NCBI GenBank assembly: GCA_963747625.1
Contig: CAVVGP010000065.1
Span: forward strand, 3,311 to 67,310
DNA from: an uncultured Bacteroidales bacterium
GTDB lineage: Bacteria; Bacteroidota; Bacteroidia; Bacteroidales; VadinHA17
DNA length: 64,000 nucleotides
Direction of reading: 5' to 3'
Part shown: one piece after another, positions 44,449 through 53,189 of the stretch
How the letters are laid out: each line of letters starts with the position of its first letter
Position numbering within the stretch: position 1 is the stretch's first letter
The notes under the pieces: model-generated
The model's input: the letters and a program-made list of their open reading frames with translations, nothing else
The model's database searches: none
Told to the model about the DNA's origin: nothing
Made by a program: the position numbers and the translations under genes

Positions 44449-45534
44449 ATGAAAACAAAATACTATATCGGAATACTTTCAATACTTCTGCTTTCAGGCT
44501 CATCAGCAAACGCCTATAAAAATGATTTTGGAGATTACAGGAATGTTGATTCCAGGCAAGTTGTAAATAATTATAATGATGATAATGATTTTGATTTTGC
44601 ATCAAGGATTAACAGGTTTCACAGGTCATTTGCCACTTTCGATTATTATTCTCCTGTTTATACTGATCCTTACTTTTACGGTTATCATCCATTATCAATA
44701 GGATTGGGCATTTATGGCGGAACAGGTTTAGGATTGCATCTTGGTTTTGGCCTGGGTTTCGGACTGGGATTTTCCTACAATTACCCGTATTATGATTATG
44801 GATATGGTTATTACAATTATTATGGATACGATCCTTACTTATGGTGGGGTTATAATCCCTTTTACTATAACAGCTGGTTCTTTCCTGGGATGTTTAGCTT
44901 TAACTTCGGCTTCAATTGGTTCAATGGATACTATGGATGGAACAGGTTTAACCATTTTTACGGATGCAATAGTTTCGGACCCGGTTATCGTGGGTACAAT
45001 GATAATCATGGCTACTATTCTAACAGGTACTCAAGTCCGGTATCGACTTCGCGCAGAAATCCCGGAACCGGTTCCAATATATCCACCCCGAACAGCAATA
45101 TTTCTAGAAGGGGTATCTCTTCAGGGAATTCAACTGGAAACAGGCGTATGGAAGTCAGTTCAAATTCTAACACCGGTTCCGGAGTATCAAGGAGAATAAG
45201 CTCCTCATCTGTCAGCGGTGGCCAGGGCACTTATAGAAGCACCTCCGGCAATTACAGGACCAGTGCAAATAATAGTAGTTACGTTCGTAGTTCCATGGAC
45301 GTAAACAGAGGTATAAGTAGCCGTTCTTACAGCAGTACAAGCAGAGGTGCTATTTATGCAAGGGGATCAAGTACTGGTCTGACCTCACGTTCAGCAAGGG
45401 CTTTAAGTTCTTCTCAGTCACATTCATCTTCTTACAGATCTGTCAGATCGGGTTCCGGTACAAGGTTAAATTCATCACTCTTCAGAGGTTCCAGATCAGG
45501 TTCGTCAAGGGGAAGATCATCAGGCCGTAGATAA
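44449..45534 (+). CDS. Secreted low-complexity protein A: signal peptide, D/N-rich segment, Gly/Tyr/Phe/Trp aromatic core, long basic Ser/Arg tail ending SSGRR
   Basis: The signal is MKTKYYIGILSILLLSGSSANA. The core is GLGFGLGFSYNYPYYDYGYGYYNYYGYDPYLWWGYNPFYYNSWFF. By hand count the ~170-aa tail has about 27 Arg versus 2 acidic residues. It is paralogous in layout to 45673..47013. Confidence 0.7.
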   Translation: MKTKYYIGILSILLLSGSSANAYKNDFGDYRNVDSRQVVNNYNDDNDFDFASRINRFHRSFATFDYYSPVYTDPYFYGYHPLSIGLGIYGGTGLGLHLGFGLGFGLGFSYNYPYYDYGYGYYNYYGYDPYLWWGYNPFYYNSWFFPGMFSFNFGFNWFNGYYGWNRFNHFYGCNSFGPGYRGYNDNHGYYSNRYSSPVSTSRRNPGTGSNISTPNSNISRRGISSGNSTGNRRMEVSSNSNTGSGVSRRISSSSVSGGQGTYRSTSGNYRTSANNSSYVRSSMDVNRGISSRSYSSTSRGAIYARGSSTGLTSRSARALSSSQSHSSSYRSVRSGSGTRLNSSLFRGSRSGSSRGRSSGRR

Positions 45535-45672
45535 TCCTGAAGAATCTCAAAAAAATATCTTATTTTATAAGAAAATAAATATATTTATTGAATCTTAACA
45601 GTTAGTTAATTAAATTTGTTTCTTTGGTACAATATTTGCGTGTTAATAAGAAAACAATAGGGGGAATTCAAA

Positions 45673-47013
45673 ATGAAAACATTATCTCAAATATTAGTTC
45701 TTGCACTTCTGACGCTCGGCTCCTGTACCTCAAGCCTTTATACTGGAGGAGAGTACGATGATCTTTATTATTCACCCTCGGACAAGCAGGTTGTTAAAAA
45801 CAAACCGCCTGTAAATGAACAATTTGTACAGGGCAATGTAAAGAACCAGGACTACTATGATAACATTTATGCAGCAGATACACTGGTTTCAGATGATTAC
45901 TCTGATGCAGTTGATATTGATAATCAGACCGGTAATAATGATTATTTCAATAACCAGGGGTATGAATATTATAATGAGTACCCCTATTCATCAATGTTAA
46001 GAATGTTTTACGGAAACTATTTTGATCCTTATTCTTACGGTTTCGGATACCCATCATTGGGGTTTGGTTTTGGCTTTGGATATGGCTTTGGAGGTTATCC
46101 TTATTATTATGGCTATGGAGGCTATCCTTATTATGGCTTCGGAGGATATCCCTATTATGGTTACGGAGGCTTTTATGGCGACTATTATGGATATGGAGGT
46201 TTAGGATATTACGGAGGCTTATATTATGGTTTAGGATATCCATCATACCGCTATGGCAGTGCTTATTATGGAAGACCGGAACGTCCGAGCAACCTTTCCT
46301 CGAGTTGGAATAGTTCAGTTGGTGGCGTTGGCTCATCATCATCAAGAAGGGATAATTCTGTTTCCGGAGGAACATCCGTCTCTGGAGCTATCAGTTCAGG
46401 ATCCCAGGCATTGTCTTCAGGGCAGAGGAGATCTGTTTCATCCGTAACACGTGCACAACAGACAGTTAATCAGGCAACGCAAAAAACTGTGCAGGTTCAG
46501 TCAAAAAGCGCATACAACCGTTCAAATAATGCAGTTCAGAAAAGTGCTGCAAATACAAAACCAGCTTATAACAGTGTTAACAGAGCCTATACTCCAAGTT
46601 ACAATAATCCAAGAATGAGCACAAGGCCTTCATACAATAATAGCAGAGCCTATGAAAATGTAAATTCAGGCAATACACCTACTACAAGAAGAATATATAA
46701 TAACTCAGGCACTGTAAGAACTCCATCTAATGGTTCTTATTCTATCCAGAGAAGAAGTCCTTCAGTATATTACTCGCCTTCCGGTCAGTACCGGTCGAGC
46801 TCTTACAGAAGTTCGCAAAGTTATTCAGTTCCATCAAGAAGCAGTGTGGAAAGAGGCAGCTATTCATCAGGGTCCTATGGAAGCTCATACTCGGGTAGCA
46901 GCAGATCCTCCTCCTCTTCCTCATATAGCGGATCCTCAGGTTCTCAATCAAGAGGTTCTTACTCCGGTTCTTCCGGTGGTGGTGGTGGCGGCTCTTCTTC
47001 AGGAAGAAGATAG
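45673..47013 (+). CDS. Lipoprotein low-complexity protein B: lipobox, acidic D/N/Y segment, GGYPYYGY repeat core, long Ser/Asn/Arg tail ending SSGRR
   Basis: MKTLSQILVLALLTLGSC is a lipobox with Cys18. The core is GFGFGFGYGFGGYPYYYGYGGYPYYGFGGYPYYGYGGFYGDYYGYGGLGYYGGLYYGLGYP. The tail is rich in SY/SR/NN motifs and ends in GGGGGGSSSGRR. Confidence 0.7.
   Translation: MKTLSQILVLALLTLGSCTSSLYTGGEYDDLYYSPSDKQVVKNKPPVNEQFVQGNVKNQDYYDNIYAADTLVSDDYSDAVDIDNQTGNNDYFNNQGYEYYNEYPYSSMLRMFYGNYFDPYSYGFGYPSLGFGFGFGYGFGGYPYYYGYGGYPYYGFGGYPYYGYGGFYGDYYGYGGLGYYGGLYYGLGYPSYRYGSAYYGRPERPSNLSSSWNSSVGGVGSSSSRRDNSVSGGTSVSGAISSGSQALSSGQRRSVSSVTRAQQTVNQATQKTVQVQSKSAYNRSNNAVQKSAANTKPAYNSVNRAYTPSYNNPRMSTRPSYNNSRAYENVNSGNTPTTRRIYNNSGTVRTPSNGSYSIQRRSPSVYYSPSGQYRSSSYRSSQSYSVPSRSSVERGSYSSGSYGSSYSGSSRSSSSSSYSGSSGSQSRGSYSGSSGGGGGGSSSGRR
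46090..46250 (+). repeat. Coding imperfect tandem repeat (18-30 nt units, each starting GGAGG, encoding GGYPYY(Y)GY-type units)
   Basis: There are six GGAGG-initiated units: ggaggttatccttattattatggctat / ggaggctatccttattatggcttc / ggaggatatccctattatggttac / ggaggcttttatggcgactattatggatat / ggaggtttaggatattac / ggaggcttatattatggttta. Units differ mostly at synonymous positions. Confidence 0.8.
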
Positions 47014-47093
47014 TTTAAACATCCAAATTAGGTAAATAAACGTACATTCTAAATAAAGAGTGCAGGGATAGTCTTACAAAAAACATTAATCTT

Positions 47094-48593
47094 ATGAAAA
47101 GAGTAATATTATTAATTGTCGCAGTATTTTCCATATTCACCTGGGTTACAGCTCAAAATGTTGATGATGCATTAAGATATTCCCAGGTTTTATATGGCGG
47201 AACAGCAAGGTTTATGTCTATGGGAGGAGCTTTTACAGCCCTGGGCGGAGATATTTCTTCGTTAAATGAAAATCCAGGAGGCCTTGGTGTATTCAGATCA
47301 TCTGAAATAACTATAACACCGCAACTTTATAATGTTAAGACCACTGCAGGTTTTAACGGAGAATCATCAACTGATAATCTTGATAACTTTAACCTGGGAC
47401 AGATCGGTATAGTAGGTAATATATTATCAAACAACAATGAATCTGGACTTATTACCCTGAATTTAGGTTATTCCTTCAATAAAACGAATAACATGAGTCA
47501 GAGTGTTAAAATACAAGGTGTAAGTAATACAAGTTCAATGGCAGACTATTGGGCAGCGCTTGGAAATAATAACGGAGGAACATATTACAAGAATCTTCAG
47601 GGAGCTGAAGGAATTGCCTTCGATGCCTGGGTAATGGATACAGTCACAGGTTCAGGTGGTAAATCATTCGCAACAGTATTCTCAAATTATGGTGATAATC
47701 CTCCGTCAGTATATGGGCAGACAATCACTCGACTTATTTCAAATGATGGATATATTGGAGAGCATGCATTTTCAATCGGGGGCAATTATTCAAATAAGAT
47801 ATTCTTCGGAGCCACCTTTGGAATCTCTCAGCTAAGATATACAAGCCATTATGAACACCAGGAATACGCAAATAATGCACTGCCATCACAATTTCAGGAT
47901 TTTATCTACACTGATCATTATGAAGACAGAGGAACAGGATATTCAATCAAACTCGGAGCAATATATAAACCGGTAGATGCTGTAAGAATTGGACTTGCAT
48001 TCCATTCTCCGACATGGTACAGGATTGGAGAGTATTATTATAACGATATAACATCCCACTTCACTGACGGAGGCCAGTATGAGTCTTCTAACCCTCCATC
48101 AAGGTTCAATTACGCACTTGCCACACCTTTCAGGTTACTGGCAGGAGTAGGGGTCCAGATAAGAAAATTTGCACTTTTAAGTGCTGATTATGAATATGTT
48201 GATTATAGCTCAGCTAAATTTTCTGAAACAGGTGACGGCTATGATTACAGTGAAAAAAATATGGAAATCAAAAATACTCTTAAAGCAACAAGTAACATTC
48301 GTTTGGGCGGAGAGTTCCGTTTGAACAACATCTATCTCAGGACAGGATATGGTTTTTATGGCAAACCATTTAAATCAGGTGAAGACAATGCAAATCTTGA
48401 TTACAATACTTTGTCATTTGGCGCAGGTATCAGGGAGCAAAATGTTTCTATTGACTTCGCTTACACCAATTATAAATATTCTCAGAAATATTACCTGTAC
48501 CCTGTGAATGCAGGTGTTCCTGCAGCAGTTTCAAATCTGAGCACAGTAAGAAATATGTTTACTCTCACTTTAGCTTACAAGTTTGGTATTTAA
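47094..48593 (+). CDS. Outer-membrane beta-barrel protein of the FadL/TraF/PorQ-like type, uncharacterized
   Basis: Signal peptide MKRVILLIVAVFSIFTWVTAQ. The N-terminal motif YGGTARFMSMGGAFTALGGDISSLNENPGGLGVF resembles the conserved plug/hatch motif of FadL-, TraF- and PorQ-like barrels. Amphipathic strands alternate throughout, and the C-terminus is aromatic (...LAYKFGI). Confidence 0.65.
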   Translation: MKRVILLIVAVFSIFTWVTAQNVDDALRYSQVLYGGTARFMSMGGAFTALGGDISSLNENPGGLGVFRSSEITITPQLYNVKTTAGFNGESSTDNLDNFNLGQIGIVGNILSNNNESGLITLNLGYSFNKTNNMSQSVKIQGVSNTSSMADYWAALGNNNGGTYYKNLQGAEGIAFDAWVMDTVTGSGGKSFATVFSNYGDNPPSVYGQTITRLISNDGYIGEHAFSIGGNYSNKIFFGATFGISQLRYTSHYEHQEYANNALPSQFQDFIYTDHYEDRGTGYSIKLGAIYKPVDAVRIGLAFHSPTWYRIGEYYYNDITSHFTDGGQYESSNPPSRFNYALATPFRLLAGVGVQIRKFALLSADYEYVDYSSAKFSETGDGYDYSEKNMEIKNTLKATSNIRLGGEFRLNNIYLRTGYGFYGKPFKSGEDNANLDYNTLSFGAGIREQNVSIDFAYTNYKYSQKYYLYPVNAGVPAAVSNLSTVRNMFTLTLAYKFGI

Positions 48594-48661
48594 TACTTTG
48601 ATTACTTCCTGTATAAAGAGCTGCCACCGAATCTGGAAGGCCTCTTTTTTTATTTAATTAA

Positions 48662-49289
48662 TTAAAACAGGGGTTGTTTTGTTTTAGATATAGCCGGCAC
48701 TTCCGGCCCCGTATTAAATATCAGGTCAATAATACTAAGGCCGGGAACAAACTTGTTTTCGTTATTAAAAACCTGCATGTGCTCTTTTTCCTGAACTTCG
48801 ATTTTTTTTTCGGTGAAATTCTGTACCTGAAATCATTTTCTGACTTCAAGAACAGGTTCAAAATTTGTTGTACAGGTTAGTTTTATTTCCATTTTAAGCA
48901 TTTTAAGGATTGACTTCCGAAAGTTCCATATTCAGGTCGACAAGAAAATCAATCCTTTTTGAAATTACTCTTTCAATATTTTCAAAATAAAATTGAAAAT
49001 AGGGTGATGAGTTATAAGCGGCGGTCAATGCCCTTAAATGAACCTGCTGCCACCTCTTGGAGTAATCTATCCTGATGTCTTTTGTTGGTGTTTTGTGCTG
49101 GCTGCCAAGATATACCGGCACTGTAAGAAGCTGTGGCCCATGTGCCGACAGAATATAGCATCTGTTCCGGTAGGATTGTTTAATGTAGTTCTCCTCATTT
49201 TCTACAAATACTTCATTAGCATGAGAAATCAGAGAGAAATATTCGACTGGCGGCAAGTATGATGTAGAAATTAATATTTTAGCTGCCAT
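48662..49289 (-). pseudogene. WbqC-like family protein, about 2 frameshifts
   Basis: ORF 48903..49289 (YLPPVEYFSLI...YIKQSYRNRCYIL...LLTVPV) continues in other frames to ...NKFVPGLSIIDLIFNTGPEVPAISKTKQPLF, with stop at 48662-64. A T9 run at 48804-12 lies in the region. Confidence 0.6.
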
Positions 49290-49299
49290 GGCAGAATGA

Positions 49300-50049
49300 T
49301 CATTCCATCTTATTAATCATGCTGGCAGCGAAACCGGCACCAAATCCATTATCGATGTTCACAACCGTAACTCCTGTTGAGCAGCTTGTGAGCATAGCCA
49401 GGAGAGCGGATATTCCTCCAAAATTGGCGCCATAGCCGACACTTGTAGGTACCGCGATTACAGGTTTATCAACTAATCCTCCGACCACACTTGCAAGAGC
49501 CCCTTCCATACCTGCAATGACAATTATTACCCGGCATTTCCTGATTTCAGGTAATTTATCTACAAGCCGGTGAATGCCGGCTACACCTGCATCATAAATT
49601 CTTAAGATATTATTGCCCAGAAGTTCAGCTGTGATTGCAGCCTCCTCTGCAACCGGTATATCAGATGTTCCTGCAGTAATGACAGCAATTCTGCTTTCAG
49701 GGACCTTCGGTTTTTCTCTTTGAAATGAAATAATCCTTGCAACCGGATAATAAACAGCGTCGTGCGATACACTATGAACAGCCTCAAACATTTCATTATT
49801 AGCCCTTGTACCTATGACATTATTTTCCTTTTCTGCCATCACTCTGAATATTTCCCTTACCTGCTCGACTGATTTCCCGGCGCAATAAATAATTTCAGGA
49901 TACCCGGTCCTTATCTCACGGTGATTGTCAATTCTGGCAAAACCAAGATCGGTATAAGGAAAGTTTTTAAGAACTTCTAGAGCCTTTTCGATGCTTGTTT
50001 CACCATTTTTTACATCGTTAAGCAGTTTTTCGACCTCTTTTATATTCAT
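49300..50049 (-). CDS. larB: Nickel-pincer cofactor biosynthesis protein LarB (NaAD carboxylase/hydrolase, AIR-carboxylase-like)
   Basis: Intact 249-aa ORF. GFARIDNHREIRTGYPEIIYCAGK ... VITAGTSDIPVAEEA ... VIAGMEGALASVVGG is typical LarB/PurE-like sequence. Confidence 0.85.
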   Translation of the reverse strand: MNIKEVEKLLNDVKNGETSIEKALEVLKNFPYTDLGFARIDNHREIRTGYPEIIYCAGKSVEQVREIFRVMAEKENNVIGTRANNEMFEAVHSVSHDAVYYPVARIISFQREKPKVPESRIAVITAGTSDIPVAEEAAITAELLGNNILRIYDAGVAGIHRLVDKLPEIRKCRVIIVIAGMEGALASVVGGLVDKPVIAVPTSVGYGANFGGISALLAMLTSCSTGVTVVNIDNGFGAGFAASMINKME

Positions 50050-50855
50050 ATTGCCCGTTTTTCAGGATTTAAACTTCCTGTCCTGTAACCTTCAAGGTCC
50101 AAAGATACATATCTGAATCCTATTTTTTTTAAGCTGGAAATAATATGTTCCTTGTCAGGATTACGAATGATCTTCTCTAAATAGCCCGAAAGGCATTCAA
50201 TTCTGGCTATATCCCCGTGTATTCGTACCCTTGTTCCGGGATAGCCTAATTCAAATAGCTTATTTTCAGCTTCTTCTATCATTCTGATTGTACCATCACT
50301 AATATTGACTTCGTAAGGAATTCTGGTTAACAGGCATGCCATGGAAGGTTTATCCCATATTCCCAGTTTTGTTTTTCTTGATAACTCACGAATATCACTT
50401 TTTGTCAGACCTGATTCGAGCAGAGGACTCCTGATTCCCAGTTCTTTCAATGCCGCCATACCTGGTCTGAAATCCCCGGTATCATCAGCATTTGTTCCAT
50501 CAATCACGTACTGGAAATTATTTTTTGATGCAAAATCCAGTAAATCAGTGAATATTATTTTTTTGCACTGATAGCATCTGTCAATCGGATTGCTTCTTAT
50601 CAGTTCGGGAAAAGCAATATCTATTATTTTGTGTCGGATACCAAATGAATTGGTGAACTCAATAGCTTCATTAATTTCCCGGGCAGGCATATAAGGTGTT
50701 CGTATGGTTATTGCTATTATGCCCGTTTTGTTTAATTTATATGCATGGTGTAAAAGAAATGTACTGTCGACTCCCCCTGAAAAAGCAACTACAATCGATT
50801 TCAGATTTTTTAGTATACTGTCGAGTTTCAGAATTTTTTGGTTTCTGATGTCCAT
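50046..50855 (-). CDS. larE: LarE sulfur-insertion ATPase (PP-loop)
   Basis: Intact 269-aa ORF with PP-loop VAFSGGVDS and cysteines in RCYQCK and PSMACLLTR. It overlaps the larB start by 4 nt. Confidence 0.85.
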   Translation of the reverse strand: MDIRNQKILKLDSILKNLKSIVVAFSGGVDSTFLLHHAYKLNKTGIIAITIRTPYMPAREINEAIEFTNSFGIRHKIIDIAFPELIRSNPIDRCYQCKKIIFTDLLDFASKNNFQYVIDGTNADDTGDFRPGMAALKELGIRSPLLESGLTKSDIRELSRKTKLGIWDKPSMACLLTRIPYEVNISDGTIRMIEEAENKLFELGYPGTRVRIHGDIARIECLSGYLEKIIRNPDKEHIISSLKKIGFRYVSLDLEGYRTGSLNPEKRAI

Positions 50856-50896
50856 TTTAATTAAAATATTTTCAATTATAAATTATGCATTATCAA

Positions 50897-52075
50897 TCAT
50901 TTCTTACCTGCCTGTAAAAGGGCAATAATATTATTGTAAACCTCTTTGACGGGAATCATCTTTTCAGCAGCAATACGTTTGCATTCTTCATATTCCGGTT
51001 TAAAGGATACCTCTTTCCCGTTATAGTATGATCGTTTTACCGTCACATCGCCATAAACAGTTGCAAAAGTTTCGAATTTTCTTACCAGTGTATCTTTTCT
51101 GAATGGGAATGTTCTGATTCCCAGTGAGGTTGATTCTGTAAAAATGATATCTTTTAATGTACCGGCTGATTCTGTTTCACATATAACATTTAGCACGATA
51201 CCCGGACGACCTTTTTTCATAATAATATTTGAAAAGAAAACGTCCGATGCGCCGGCTTTAAACAATCTGTCGGAGATATATTCAAAAAATTCCGGATTCA
51301 TATCATCTATGTTGCATTCAATCTGAAGTGCTTCATGTCCTGACACCGGATTCACAATCGTTTCGCCGATAAACACTCTTAAAAGGTTAGGAACATCCTT
51401 GTGCTCTTTATGGCCCACGCCATATCCTGTTTTTTCAATAGCTAAAGCAAGATCAGGGCTGAAGCTAGTAGCCAGTGAAGCAATAATAGCTGCACCTGTA
51501 GGTGTTGTAGCTTCAAAGTCTACACCCCCTGTTTTAACGGGAATGCCCTTGATTATTTCGGCAGTTGCCGGAGCAGGAACTGGAAGTGTGCCATGATCAC
51601 ATTTTACAAGACCTCCTCCCAGTTCAACTGTGGAAACATGAACAGCATCAACATTTAACGCATTGAAGCAAATAGCTGCTCCGACAACGTCAATTATAGA
51701 ATCAACAGCGCCAACTTCGTGAAAATGTATATGGTCTACTGAAGTTCCATGTACAGTAGCTTCAGCCTGTGCGATCTTCATGAAAATTTTTCTGCTTAAT
51801 TCTTTCGTTTTATTATCAAGTGTCGAGTCATTAATAATTTTTTCGATATCAGACATATACCTGTGTGCATGTTCATGCCTGGTCTGTTTAACTGTCACTT
51901 TTGTTCCTGTAATTCCATGCCGCTGATCTTTTTGTATTTGCAGTTCCCATCCTGGAAGTTTAAGTTTATTCAGCTCATCAATGAGAAACGTTTTATCAAT
52001 CCCAAGATCAATCATAGCACCGAGATTCATATCTCCACTGATACCTGAGAAACAATCGTAACCTATAATTTTCAT
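50897..52075 (-). CDS. larC: LarC nickel insertase (DUF111 family), encoded as a single uninterrupted ORF
   Basis: Intact 392-aa ORF. CFSGISGDMNLGAMIDLG..., HFHEVGAVDSIIDVVG, TPTGAAI and IMKKGRPG are typical LarC/DUF111 motifs. Confidence 0.85.
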   Translation of the reverse strand: MKIIGYDCFSGISGDMNLGAMIDLGIDKTFLIDELNKLKLPGWELQIQKDQRHGITGTKVTVKQTRHEHAHRYMSDIEKIINDSTLDNKTKELSRKIFMKIAQAEATVHGTSVDHIHFHEVGAVDSIIDVVGAAICFNALNVDAVHVSTVELGGGLVKCDHGTLPVPAPATAEIIKGIPVKTGGVDFEATTPTGAAIIASLATSFSPDLALAIEKTGYGVGHKEHKDVPNLLRVFIGETIVNPVSGHEALQIECNIDDMNPEFFEYISDRLFKAGASDVFFSNIIMKKGRPGIVLNVICETESAGTLKDIIFTESTSLGIRTFPFRKDTLVRKFETFATVYGDVTVKRSYYNGKEVSFKPEYEECKRIAAEKMIPVKEVYNNIIALLQAGKK

Positions 52076-52262
52076 ATTTATAAAGTAGTGTTAAGTGCAA
52101 CAAACAAAACCGAAGAATGTTATAATTTATGTTCAGAATGAATATGATTGTATTTTATTCTGCGAATATACTATTTACAACCTTTACGGAATAATAAAAA
52201 AAAAATTGTATTTTTCGGAACTTATCGGGAAATCGTTTTAATTAAACAGATTATTTAAGATT

Positions 52263-53183
52263 ATGAAAAGAAGGGATTTTCTTAAAACATCAGTGGGCAG
52301 TGGCATCGCTGCCGGTGCAGCATTAAGCATGGGAGTATATGATAAATTATTGCCAACAGCAAAAACAGCTGAGAAATATGATATGGTGGCTATAATGGGA
52401 GGTAGCCCTGATGCTATGTTTGACCTTGGAATTCAGGAATTCGGAGGCATGGGTACATTTGTTAAAAAAGGACAGAAAGTCCTTGTCAAGCCTAATATTG
52501 GGTGGGATGTAATTCCTGATCTTGGTGCAAATACCAATCCTTTGCTTGTAAAAAGGATCATCGAGCATTGTTTTAAGGCAGGAGCAAAAGAGGTATTTGT
52601 GTTTGATCATACATGTGATAACTGGGTTAATTGTTATAGTAATTCCGGAATTGAAAAAGCAGCTAAATCAGCAGGAGCTAAAGTAGTACCTGGCAATTCT
52701 GAAAGTTATTACCACGAGATTGAAATACCGGGTGGAATAAAACTACAGAAAGCCAAAGTTCATCAGCTTTTGCTTGAGACAGATGTTTATATAAATGTAC
52801 CCGTTCTTAAGGATCATAATTCAACAAGGATGACTTGCTGCCTTAAAAACAATATGGGAATAGTCTGGGACAGAGGTTTCTGGCATTCGAATGACCTGAA
52901 TCAATGCATTGCCGATTATGCCCTTTATGAGAAAAAGCCGGTACTGAATGTCATCGATTGTTATAATGTTATGGTTAAGCATGGTCCCCAGGGAGTATCA
53001 AAAGAGGATATTGTTTCAATGAAGTCACAGATACTTACACCCGACTGGGTTGCAGGTGATGCGGCTGCAGCAAAAATTCTGGGAGTAGCTGTTGAAAAGA
53101 TCGAGTACATACCAATTGCTCATAAAATGGGGTTGGGGAATATGAACCTGGAATCTCTTAATATTAAAAGAATTAAAATGTAA
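52263..53183 (+). CDS. Tat-exported DUF362-family protein (uncharacterized)
   Basis: The twin-arginine signal is MKRRDFLKTSVGSGIAAGAALSMG. DUF362-like blocks are GQKVLVKPNIGW...NTNPLLVKRIIEHCFKAGAKEVFVFD and LKDHNSTRMTCCLKNNMG...VIDCYNVMVKHGPQG. Confidence 0.7.
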   Translation: MKRRDFLKTSVGSGIAAGAALSMGVYDKLLPTAKTAEKYDMVAIMGGSPDAMFDLGIQEFGGMGTFVKKGQKVLVKPNIGWDVIPDLGANTNPLLVKRIIEHCFKAGAKEVFVFDHTCDNWVNCYSNSGIEKAAKSAGAKVVPGNSESYYHEIEIPGGIKLQKAKVHQLLLETDVYINVPVLKDHNSTRMTCCLKNNMGIVWDRGFWHSNDLNQCIADYALYEKKPVLNVIDCYNVMVKHGPQGVSKEDIVSMKSQILTPDWVAGDAAAAKILGVAVEKIEYIPIAHKMGLGNMNLESLNIKRIKM

Positions 53184-53189
53184 TTTCTG

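Noticed and set aside
46090-46250. Short tandem repeats that might be mistaken for a CRISPR array or a satellite
   Set aside because: The units are contiguous with no unique spacers, lie in-frame within a long ORF, and vary at synonymous positions. This is a coding repeat.
44741-47035. Many long alternative-frame and antisense ORFs inside the two low-complexity genes (for example 44741..45199 +, 45015..45230 -, 45947..46375 -, 46022..46204 +, 46253..46447 +, 46730..47035 +, 46742..46951 -)
   Set aside because: They are by-products of codon-biased, repeat-rich sequence that lacks stops in several frames. Only the frames with a signal peptide or lipobox and a coherent block architecture are credible.
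48674-48880. A 68-aa plus-strand ORF after the beta-barrel gene
   Set aside because: The opposite strand here encodes the conserved C-terminal part of the WbqC-like protein (…PGLSIIDLIFNTGPE…).
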